The notes beneath the pieces were generated by a model. That model saw only the letters and a program-made list of their open reading frames with translations, searched no databases and was not told the DNA's origin. This document shows positions 13,083 to 23,613 of a DNA stretch of 64,000 bases, piece after piece; the stretch's first letter is position 1; every line of letters starts with the position of its first letter. A program made the position numbers and the translations under genes. Source of the stretch: Massalongia carnosa (Eukaryota); assembly GCA_965645245.1 (NCBI GenBank), contig OZ287080.1, positions 558,001 to 622,000 of the forward strand, written 5' to 3'.

Positions 13083-14336
13083 ATGCACCCAATCGACGTC
13101 ATCTACGCAATTGGCCTATCAGGCTACATCAACAAAGATTTCGAGGCCGCGCGCCAGAACGAGGATAACAACACATCTCTAACCCTCGTTAGGCCAGTGA
13201 CACCCGGTTTTAAGCAAGCCGTTCAAGCCGGAAATGTCATCTCCATAATGCTGCGCTTGCCCAACGGCACCGTAGCCATTGGTGAATGCGCCGATGTGAT
13301 CTTCTCCGGTGCGGCAAGCCGTGATCCGCTGTTCGTTCCGGAGCAGCATTTGCCAGTTTTGGAGAATGTAGTGCGGCCCTGGTTACTGGAGTGCGATGTG
13401 AGTTCTTTCCGCGCGCAAAGCTACTGGGTCGATACGCTGCGAGTGGACGGAGTGCGACTGCATTCGGCCGTTCGGTATGGTCTAAGCCAAGCCCTTCTTT
13501 CGGCCACAGCACTGGTGCACCACTGTACTGTGGCAGAGGTCATTGCACGGGAATGGTCGCGGTCGATCCAAGAGCGTCCGATTGATATCCTTGTCTCGTG
13601 TCACCGAGGCGATCAACTTCAGCTGGAGAGGATGATCATGAAACGCGCAGCGCTACTTCCGCACGCTTCCTTCGTGCATGTGGATGATCTGGGAGTTAAT
13701 GGATCTAAATTACTAAGCTATATTGCCGCGGTTGCGAAGAGCGTTTCTCGGCTTGGGGCAAGAGATTATCATCCACGGCTGCATTTTGATGTTTATGGTA
13801 CTCTGGGGGATTTTTTTGATCGAGCCGGCGATGAAAACGAGCTTCTGTCGTTCTTCGAAAAACTCGCGCAAGCCGCTGGACCATACGAGCTTCTCATCGA
13901 ATCTCCCATCATCGCGCCTACCAAGGCAGAGCAGCTGAAACGACTCTCGCAGCTCCGGCAGCAGCTCGCACGGCGTGGAATACGCGTCAAACTCGTCGCA
14001 GACGAGTGGTGCAACACTCTCGACGACATCAAGGACTTTGTGGACGCGAGCGCCACTGACTACGTGCAGATCAAGACGCCGGATCTGGGAGGGCTTGAAA
14101 ACAGCATAGAAGCGGTGCTGTACTGCCAGGCCCAGGGGGTGGGCAGCTGCTTGGGCGGCTCGGGCAACGAGACGGACGTCTCGGCGCGGATCACGGCGCA
14201 GATCGCGCTAGCAACCGGGCCGGATTTCCTGCTGGCGAAGCCTGGTATCGGCGGCGATGAGAGCTTGATGATCATGACCAACGAGATGATACGCACGCTT
14301 GCGTTGGTGAGAAACTGGCGCGAAGTGAGAAAATGA
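13083..14336 (+). CDS. mal: Methylaspartate ammonia-lyase (beta-methylaspartase; enolase superfamily), intronless, 417 aa
   Basis: Motifs SRDPLF, LHSAVRYGLSQALL, LPHA, HFDVYGT, IESP, VADEWCNT, QIKTPDLGG, GG-x-x-NETD and LAKPG...NEM match bacterial MAL along the whole length. The ATG at 13083 (MHPIDV) aligns with the bacterial N-terminus. Confidence 0.93.
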   Translation: MHPIDVIYAIGLSGYINKDFEAARQNEDNNTSLTLVRPVTPGFKQAVQAGNVISIMLRLPNGTVAIGECADVIFSGAASRDPLFVPEQHLPVLENVVRPWLLECDVSSFRAQSYWVDTLRVDGVRLHSAVRYGLSQALLSATALVHHCTVAEVIAREWSRSIQERPIDILVSCHRGDQLQLERMIMKRAALLPHASFVHVDDLGVNGSKLLSYIAAVAKSVSRLGARDYHPRLHFDVYGTLGDFFDRAGDENELLSFFEKLAQAAGPYELLIESPIIAPTKAEQLKRLSQLRQQLARRGIRVKLVADEWCNTLDDIKDFVDASATDYVQIKTPDLGGLENSIEAVLYCQAQGVGSCLGGSGNETDVSARITAQIALATGPDFLLAKPGIGGDESLMIMTNEMIRTLALVRNWREVRK

Positions 14337-17300
14337 ATATATTGAGGTTAATTGTAAGATGAAAAGAACTAGACTAATGATAATAAAGATAAAAATCGAT
14401 TTTATTGTCATCTGGGAGAGGTATTGAGTATATGATTCACGAGTTCCCGAGAAGGAAAACAAAACCTGGTGGTGCTGTTGGTAGAAACCTACTTCCAGAA
14501 CGTGCTTTTCGCGCTAGAATCTTAACTATACCGCATATTTACCCTTCACAAGATATGTGTAATTCGAGCACTCAACCTGTTTTCTCTCTTCTCTTCTCTC
14601 CTCTTTCACCTTTCCTTCTCTTTACTACGTCATTCCGAATCAATCCACTTCGTAAGTTTCTTGCAACCCCTCTTGCCATCCCATCCTTCTTATCACCTCA
14701 CTCGGGGTTCCCGTAAAATTTGCAAAAACATTCGTTTGAAATCGTTATTATGTATTTAGGTCTATCTAATTGACTGATGCAGTGCTATACAGAATAGCAC
14801 GAACTGTCAGATTCATTGGCATTTTCCCGATATATACGGACTCGGCCACCGCTGAGGGGGTCTTATAAGTAGGAGAAAATGAATAGGGGGTAGGTAGAGT
14901 CGCTTATTTTGAGGATTTGCGTAAGGGGAAATGGTGTGGAGGAAGGGGAGATTACCCCTATTTTCATATTTAGTTTTGTTTTCTAAAACTTGGAAGAGGA
15001 TAAGCTGAATTAGGAAGAAGAAAAAAAGAAAAAAGGGATGAAGTAGTGTATATAGAATTCTAGAATTGTAAATCTGGCCGATCAGTTATGTAACGAGTCA
15101 TACATACCTATTGATTATTCGTAGAAAGGGGTACTCTAGGTCAAACCCACAGCAGCAAGACACATGCTCGGGGGTTATATTCCCGTTAGGCTTTATGATT
15201 CGTTGAATTTTTTATTTTTTCCATATTAACCCCGATTGTTACTAAAGAAAGAGTTCAACAGCAATAGACGAAGTAGATTCCTAGTTACATGATCATTTGT
15301 GACTGTGAACTTCTGCTCACCCGCTAAAACCATGATTTCCGGTAAGGGGAGAATAGCCCAAGTCCGACCCAATAGAGGATGTAGTAGGCTAGAACTGGTA
15401 TAGGGGAGACCGAGTTCCTGTAGAAGAGAACGAAAAGAGAGATCGTTGATACGCGCTTTAGGTTTTTGATTGACTAGCTATCAGACAGGGGTTTTCTCCC
15501 ATTTAATCCCTGGACGCCACGTGATCAGATCACTGGGTGACTGGTTTTGAGGCCTGTGAACGGCACGCATCGCTGCTACATCGGGAAAGGCTTTCTCATA
15601 TTCGCTTTCATAGTGTCTATGTGTTTCGTATTCCCACTTAGTGATGAGCTGAGATCGCAGTTCGGAGAAAGTCAGTGAGAGCGTCTTCATCCTCAAAGGC
15701 TGTCCATCTTCTGCGAAGAAGAGTATTCGCATCAAATCATGATCCGTCGATCCGAGCGAAATAGCAATCTTAAACTCTAATATTACTCTTCAAGCTAACG
15801 CTAACTAGGTTCCTCGGGCTTGTTATGAGGAAATACTTTTCGCCTTTATAAAATAGCTGTTCGTGAAAAGCTCGAGGATATTTCGACTCGATGTGCAAAC
15901 GGCCGATCCAGTCACCATAGTCTATGATGAAAGTTCCACAGTCCGAGAAGCTTTCATAGCTGTCAGAGTAAGATCGAAACGAGCCCTGAGGCAATACTTA
16001 CGAAGGGAATTTTGCACCAAACCCTCCGGGTGTGTCAACAAACTTCACCTGCAGGTCACTTAAATCTATAGTTGCGATGCGCTTTTCACTATACCATATA
16101 TCATATTTGCTATAGGCTAAAAGCATAAGAGGTAGCGAGGGATGAAAATTACTCTTGTAAATAAATAAGCCATGAATGCCCGAGATGTCTACATAATTGG
16201 ACGGAGTCCCGAGAGCGGAGGTTGATCCTATAGAGGAAGAGTGGTTTATTGGCAACGAGTGACACATACGCAACGAAAGGATTGTCACGATCAATGAAGC
16301 ACCGATGATGATTGTAAAAGCCTAACGCACCTTCGAGCCCACCAGTCGGAGCAATCGAGAATGGTTTCGATGCAAGCCGATGGTCCTCTGCGGCAAGATG
16401 AAATATGTGCATACCACAGATCAGGACTTCCAAATCTCTGCTAAATTTGATGGTGGGATTCATTAAGTCGTGCAAATGCCAGTCAAGATCTAAACAATGA
16501 ACAGGTTTTTTGGGTGCGTTAAGGTTGAACGTCTGGATTTGTGCTTTACTGGTCCCATAGCGAAGAACGCTTAGAGTTGAACCATCGCTCGAGATGCTGG
16601 AGAAATTTCGTGAGGAACATTCGAAACCCTGATCCACTAAGCCCTTGGGAAACACAATCTCGAGAGTACTAAGGTCCATTTTATAAATGCGTCCTGCCTT
16701 GATGATCCAACCGATATTCTCCTTGATGCAAATAGCAAGTTGTCCTGAGCCGAAGCCTACCCCATCCAGAATGCGTTTACCACAGCTACGTATTTTGGGT
16801 ATTCCATCACTCAGATCCAAAACCACAATATTTAGGTAAAGCAACTGCATAAGGAAACCAGAAAGTTTATTTTCATCCTCTGAAAACTTGAATATGGATT
16901 TAGACCCGTAATATTCGCTTGGAGGTATCTTGAAGTACTCTTTAAAAGTAGTGTCATACAAAATATTTGCATTCTTATCGAGGCCATTGTAAAGCAACAA
17001 ATATCGACCTGTGGGGCTTACTTGATTCACGTGCAGCCTGACCTCGGGTAGTGAATATTGTTCTGTAGAACTCGGCTCTTGACATGAGAATCTTTTCACT
17101 GTCACAGAGTACATTTCATCGACGAAAACGTCCCCTTTCTGACTCAAACAGGCTTGAGAATCGATTTATCCATCAGAGAAAACAACTTCTGTGAAAAGGA
17201 TAAAACAGTGCCAGTAATAGGTTCAATTCGATCAATCGAGGAATAGAAGTAACCGTCGTCTCCATACACAATTGGGGCTCGCACCTTGCATCTTATTTCT

Positions 17301-20250
17301 TTGCAAAAAATCTTACGAGCCCAAGTTCCAGCTCGCATTCTCTTCTTAGAATTAATATCAGAATCAATCTGCCATATCGATATTCTACCGCTAATAATAA
17401 TAATAAGATCACTATACATAATAGCAAAATACTCTCCATTTGTACTTGTTGCAAAGTCGGAGATCTTGCCCTGAGAAACCTCAGAGTCAACCGCAGGTGG
17501 TAGACAGCTTCCTGTCTTCACATCTTGAACATAAAGAGTCTCGTGGTATGTTATAGAATCGTCAGCTGTTATAAAGACCTGGCGCATGTGATCATAGATG
17601 AAAATCCCTTGGCCCGATGGCACATGCTGGAGCTGAAATGAATTTATCGGTGACATCTTGCCCTGTGCTCTGAGAAGAGTCTGATCGTCATACAGCATTT
17701 GTTTGTGCTCCCTGGTTGTAAAATGACCGTGATTCTGGTATGTTTCGCCAAGATCGTTGGAGGAGAAGATTCTATGCATGTCTAGAATATAAATTTCCCA
17801 TGGACGATCTGCAATAAACATACCGTAATCATTGACTAGGCGAAGAATCATGGAGCACCAATTACTTGAAAATCTGTAGTGGTCAAGGAAACCGGATGAA
17901 GCTTCATGCATCTCATTAGAAGCCCATTCGTAGACTTCTTCAAGTCTATAACGTACGCGCTCGAGAAAGCTAGATGAGTCTAAAATGAGACATGCCTCGA
18001 TCCAGTAAAATGCCACTGAAAAATCAAAAGTCCTTTGAAAAACTTTAGCAGCCTCATGGTTGCTGGCTCCTTCACAGTCAATAAGATGTAATAGCCAGTT
18101 GAGACTTGCGTATCTAATCAAAGGACTCTGTCTCAGTCGATCCTGAAGTCGCTCTTCATCAACTCGAAGATCTAAGCGATTTGTTTTGGTATCTAAAGCT
18201 AAGATTGGCTTTGTGAGGTTTTGAGACATATACTCCAGACTGGTCAATGTTAGCTCCAAGCTAGCTGCCATAGGGTCCACTAGGAGTTGTGTGTATTGTT
18301 CGGCAGCATCAGTCAAATTTTTTCTGTCCAGTAGATACTCTTTCACCGTCGCGTGAATGACTTCTATGACTCCATCATGAACCATCAGTAAAGAACCGCA
18401 GGCTAACTCAATATCTTTGATGGCGTATGAAAATGACTGCCTATCTGTAAGTAAGGTATGCCCTTCCCTTTGATAGAAAAATGTGAGTACTTCAGAAAGT
18501 TCCTCCAAACGGAGCGGGCGTTATAAGGTAGCTAATTTATATTCGTAAGCAACAGTTTCTAGACAAAATTCCCACTTACAGAAGCAGATACAACCCAAAT
18601 AAATACCTTCTTTGCAAGATTCATTGTCGGCTCTTTAAGCGATTCGCTCAGCCTTTTCAGGATACTTTTGTAGATGGCAGGTAACCCCTTTGACAATGTC
18701 TTCATAGTCTCCTCTACCAGTTCTACGGAAAAGCAAGCCTTGAGATCCTTCAACATAAGGTAAACCCATAAAAACATACCGCCGTGGCTTGCAGAAAGTT
18801 TGGTAACGATCATGTCATGGACCAAACGGTGACCTAGAAAGGGGTTTTCGATAGCTCTGTTCCGATGAAAGTCTTAATATCCTCATTTATATATTCTGGT
18901 CGAATCTCAATAGTCAGTTCTTTTGAAAGCAGTTTATGTAACTGAACCTTCTTTCGGCTTGTTATTATTATTTTGATGTCATTCAATCTGGAAAGATCTG
19001 TCAAACTTTGAATCAGCATTTTAGGTTTCTTGCATTCATCCAGAGCATCTAGTATTATGATAGGCTTGTTCATCTTGCTAATGTGTGCAGCGGAAAGTGA
19101 CCACATGATTTCGAAGTCTACGCCTCGCTGTTGATCGGAGTCATGCATCGCTTTTTCAATATTATTGCTTAATACACCAAAGTCTGCTAGGGCTTTCATG
19201 AACCGGAGCAATTGATATAGAAGCGATTAGATGATAGGCATTGCTTCATTCTTATCCGCATCTGAATCTTCACAGAAAAAATAGAGAACATTGTGAGACA
19301 TCTGGTTAGCACGTTCTTGTTGATAATAGTCTATCAAATAGGACGAGAGCACTGTCTTGCCCGCTCCCGGTTTGGTATGGATCCAGAGCAGACGCTCTTA
19401 TGATACAAGAGACTTGGAGAAGTTTATAAACTGGGTGTTGTTTAGCAACCAGAGACAAGTATTTGGGTGTCGTTTTTTCCTTGCTGCCTCATAATCTTTT
19501 TTGTAATATTTTACATCATGAGTGGCTGATGGCGAGAGCCATCTTATGAGTTCATTCTTCAGAGAAGAGCTTTGTGTTTCTGAAATGGTAAGATTCATAG
19601 CTTGTTGATCGATCATGGCAAACTTCGATTGCACTATATGTTCCGCAAGTGCATTTTCTCCGATTCAAGCTCCAGTTATGAGCATATCAACTTCAAGAGC
19701 CTGAAACTCTGAATCATAGCTGCTCCAGATTCTCGAGTATTTCCAGAGCCTGCGACGTCGATAAAATTTGCAAGCTCGCGTCCAAAACTTAAGAATAGAA
19801 ACGTAGAAAGCACAAGTACAATCCATTACTAAGCTAGAGTCCATGAGAGTATTATTATATATTTCAACGCGTGGGAGACACTCAATCATGCGATTAAGTG
19901 CTTCTCATAATCTCTCATATTCTTCTACTGCATCTTGCACGATCTGCAGTTGATAAAAAGGATTAGCGGCATATCCCCTAAAAGTAATATCCATTCAGAA
20001 CAAGACCCAGGACAGATAGAAAAAAAAGGAAATCATTTGAGAAAAGACCCATTGATTGATTGATTTATTCTTATTCCGATATGACACCGGCCGAAGGCCG
20101 GCCCATGCGGGCTGTCTATGTTTATCATACAAGGAAAACCCTTCTTGGGAATAAAAACCCCGTAGACTACGCACTACCTCCGGAGCCTCGCTGGCAACAG
20201 GCTGCTCTCTGTGATCGTTTTTCTTTAGAATCCTTGACGAAAATGAGAAG

Positions 20251-23200
20251 TTATATCTCGTATAACATTTGCGATGCTAGTGAGAACTGTGTTAACAAGT
20301 TTGCTTTTATTATCCATGCAGTTAGCTTTTTCAGCATTTTCGACGAACGCGTAATCGTCCGGTAGTCGTGGGTGCCCAATTGTCTGAGCAGCTCATATCT
20401 GCCTTCGATTAGTCTGCAGTGTAATATGATGTGTTTGGCAGTCTGTTTCTGCCAGCCACACGAGCAAGCTGGAGTCATAGCTCCCGGAACCCGACGATTG
20501 AACAGGAAGTTTGCCAAACCTATTTTCTCAGTGCGGATTTGCGTGGTTAGCGCGCTTTCCGCCTTCATCAAGTTGTCATGAATCTTCAATCTAGTTCTGT
20601 TGAGTGGTCCGAGCTGTGCCTCTGTTGGGTAGGGAACGCGGTCCTGATACGCCTTCCACCTGGTCTCCCAACGCTCCTTGATTCGTACTGTAATGGTCTT
20701 TGCGTGCTTTCCGATAATTCGGCGTGCCGTGATGTATTTCTCGAGACGGACAGGGTCGGGTCCTGACCAGGGTCGGGGCGGCGGCGGTATTGCGGCTGGG
20801 GCTTCGTTGTTTAGCATCTTGCTGGCCCATTCGTGTTTTAAATCTCCTAGGGTGGGGCGTTGTATTCTTTTGCGTCCTGCCTTGCCTCGTAGCTTGTTCG
20901 CTATTGTGCTGCAGGCAGTGGTGATCAGTTTCGCTTGCCCTGAGGCCCGTAGGCGGTATCTTGCTTTCATCTGCAGATGATCCAAGTGTAGCTCCATAGG
21001 GGCGATGAAAGTTTCCGCTTCGAGAACCTCGACGGGTGTTGCTTTAAACGCTCCTGCCACAGTGCGTAGGCATTTGTTCTGCATGACACTGAGTTTGGAC
21101 ATCGTGGCCTTGTTTTTCTTGATTTCCTTGGGCGTGTGCCACACGGCGCTTCCGTATGTCATTGCCGGGCGGACGACGGAGGTGTAGACCTGCCGGGCCT
21201 TTGCGAAGGATGCTCCCCAGGTGGATGCCGAGATTTTTGTGAGCGCTAGCGACTGCGACGTCATCTTTTCCTGCGTCTTCCGTATATGAGCTCCCCATTT
21301 TAGTTTTGTGTCGATTTGTAGGCCCAGTACTCTTATGTCCGTTTTTGGTTCAATCAGATTGGTTTCAATTTGAATAGTGGCCGTCATGTTGAATTTCTTT
21401 GGATTTCTTGACAAATGAATGAGTTCATATTTATCCGGTGCAAATACGGAGCCATGCCGTGTCGCCCACAATTCGCATTTCCTGTGAATTCTTTCAAGAG
21501 TTCTGCAATTTTCTTCCGTGCTTTTACCGTATGCCAACACGTTTACGTCGTCTACGAATCCCAGCGCACTCGTGTTCGTGCCGGGTCTCTGGCATATCTC
21601 TAATAGGTCCGCGTTGTAGAACAGATACAGAATAGGGGAAATGGGCGAGCCTTGAGGAATGCCCGTGCGCACTGCGAACTCCCCGGTTGCTCGCCGATTT
21701 ATTGCTAATGTGGTTTTCCTATTCTCCAGAAAGCTTGCTGTCCAGTCTGTGATCCATTTCGGAATTTTCCTTTTCCGTAGATTGTGTATTAGCCTACGGT
21801 GAGACACCGTGTCAAACGCACCTGCCACATCCATGCTGAGTAGGGTTGCCACCTTGTCGTTGCCTTGTCCCCATACGGTGTATACCTGTTCTGTGAGAAG
21901 CTCGAGTGCGGACTCGGTGGATCGCCCTCGCCGAGCACCCATTTGCGTGTCGGGCAAGAGCCGATGCTGTTCCGCTATGTGGGTGATTTTCTTTGCGATG
22001 ACCGCTTCTAGAACTTTACCCATTGTGTTCAGGAGAGCTATGGGCCGATATGCCTTTGGGCTGGTGTTGTCTTTCTTTCCCGGTTTTTTGAGCGTTATCG
22101 TGTTCGCTCTTTTGAACTCGCGAGGATGATACGCTTGCGTGACGCACGCCTGAAATAAAGGGGTTAGCAATTCTGCTAGCTTTGTAGAGCATGCCTTGAG
22201 GATTTTGTTGGTGATCCCGTCAGGACCCGGAGCCTTGTCGGACTTGAGGCATTGTATGTTTGCGATCACTTCGTTCTTTGTGATCATCATGGGACAATCC
22301 GCGGCAGCGGGGTAGAATGACCCAGGTATGTCGCTCAGGTCCGCCGGCGGTGGTGGGGGAAAGAACTTGGCTTTCAGCATTTCCGCTTTTTCTTCGAACG
22401 TCTCCGCCGTCTGCCCTCCGTGCCTCAGTGGCGGCATTTTCGGTATCTCGCGGGGCTTCTGGCTTCTATCTTTTGCCCATCTTGCCAGCTTCCATATGCC
22501 CAGCGGCGACTCGGTGACTGCACTGATCTCTTTGCGGAATGAGAGCATTTTTGCTTTTCGGATTATCTTTTGCTTCTTGTCGTTGGACTTCATGTACGCT
22601 TTCCAGTCGTCCATGTGACGCGATGACGACCAGGAACGGCGCAATTTGCGAGTCTCACGGATGGCGCGATTGCATTCTTCGTTCCAAAAAGGTTTCGCGT
22701 ATTCGCTGGGTCTGGCCCAGGGGACGGAGGCGGCTATGATTTTCTGAAGATACTCTTGGATTGTCTGAGCGTACTGGTCAATTTCCTCGGCGGAGCGGGG
22801 GTGGGTGACGGGCGGGGCGTTGCTTTCTGCCTCTCTCAGTTTCTCCATGTTCAGCAGTTTCCATGCTCTGCGCTTGACTTGCGTTAGCTGTTCACTACCG
22901 AGAAGAATGCGGGTGGAAATCGGGATGTGATCAGAGGATTGGTTCATTTCCGGTCTCGACATGCAGTGTTCTAGTCTTTCCGTCAGGAATTCCGACATAA
23001 ATACTAGGTCTATGGTGCTAAAAGAGTTCCGAGCCTCCCATGTAACGGTCCCTTTGGGCAGTGTAAGTGAGAGATCGAATTCTTCTACTATATCCAGTAG
23101 TTGGTCCGCGGCTGCGTGTTGCGTTGGCCTTGTGACTCCGTTCCAAAATGGATGGTGAAGGTTGAAATCGCCGAGGAGGACGTGCTGTGCATCTGCGGCG

Positions 23201-23613
23201 AGTTGCTGACGAACAGCCGGGAGCGTGGAGGGGCTGTCTGTGGATGAATAAGAAGACGGGGACGGGTTATACACGTTATGAATGTGCAACGTTCTCGTAA
23301 CACCGTCGGTGCTCACGTTCAATTTCAACGTGCATAGGTCTGCGGTTGGGAATTCTACTTCCCAGCTTTCCGGGTCGATTTTCTCGTTGACGTAGAAGCA
23401 TACGCGTGTGTCGCCGCCGGGGCGATATAGAAGGTGGAATCCGCTTTGGTGAGAGCTAAGAGTGGTCGGGGCGTGCGTGCTCCGCCATGGTTCCTGTATT
23501 GCTATAACGTCGTAGTCCTGCGTGTTTGAATCTGCCAAAAGTGGTATCATTGTACTTACTCGGTCGTTTCTGACGTTGTACTGTAGTATGTTAATGGAGT
23601 TTGTGTCCTTCAT
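20251..23613 (-). CDS. LINE ORF2: APE endonuclease + reverse transcriptase + C-terminal CCHC zinc finger
   Basis: ILQYNV, IAIQEPW, GDFNLHH and SDH (APE). KAPGPDGI, YRPIALL, GIPQGSPISP and FVDD (RT). CSCG...HIILHC (zinc finger). Confidence 0.95.
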   Translation of the reverse strand: MKDTNSINILQYNVRNDRVSTMIPLLADSNTQDYDVIAIQEPWRSTHAPTTLSSHQSGFHLLYRPGGDTRVCFYVNEKIDPESWEVEFPTADLCTLKLNVSTDGVTRTLHIHNVYNPSPSSYSSTDSPSTLPAVRQQLAADAQHVLLGDFNLHHPFWNGVTRPTQHAAADQLLDIVEEFDLSLTLPKGTVTWEARNSFSTIDLVFMSEFLTERLEHCMSRPEMNQSSDHIPISTRILLGSEQLTQVKRRAWKLLNMEKLREAESNAPPVTHPRSAEEIDQYAQTIQEYLQKIIAASVPWARPSEYAKPFWNEECNRAIRETRKLRRSWSSSRHMDDWKAYMKSNDKKQKIIRKAKMLSFRKEISAVTESPLGIWKLARWAKDRSQKPREIPKMPPLRHGGQTAETFEEKAEMLKAKFFPPPPPADLSDIPGSFYPAAADCPMMITKNEVIANIQCLKSDKAPGPDGITNKILKACSTKLAELLTPLFQACVTQAYHPREFKRANTITLKKPGKKDNTSPKAYRPIALLNTMGKVLEAVIAKKITHIAEQHRLLPDTQMGARRGRSTESALELLTEQVYTVWGQGNDKVATLLSMDVAGAFDTVSHRRLIHNLRKRKIPKWITDWTASFLENRKTTLAINRRATGEFAVRTGIPQGSPISPILYLFYNADLLEICQRPGTNTSALGFVDDVNVLAYGKSTEENCRTLERIHRKCELWATRHGSVFAPDKYELIHLSRNPKKFNMTATIQIETNLIEPKTDIRVLGLQIDTKLKWGAHIRKTQEKMTSQSLALTKISASTWGASFAKARQVYTSVVRPAMTYGSAVWHTPKEIKKNKATMSKLSVMQNKCLRTVAGAFKATPVEVLEAETFIAPMELHLDHLQMKARYRLRASGQAKLITTACSTIANKLRGKAGRKRIQRPTLGDLKHEWASKMLNNEAPAAIPPPPRPWSGPDPVRLEKYITARRIIGKHAKTITVRIKERWETRWKAYQDRVPYPTEAQLGPLNRTRLKIHDNLMKAESALTTQIRTEKIGLANFLFNRRVPGAMTPACSCGWQKQTAKHIILHCRLIEGRYELLRQLGTHDYRTITRSSKMLKKLTAWIIKANLLTQFSLASQMLYEI

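Noticed and set aside
20075..20112. LINE 3' hairpins as a self-cleaving ribozyme
   Set aside because: No hammerhead core (CUGAUGA/GAAA) or HDV nested pseudoknot could be built, and LINE ribozymes are typically at the 5' end.
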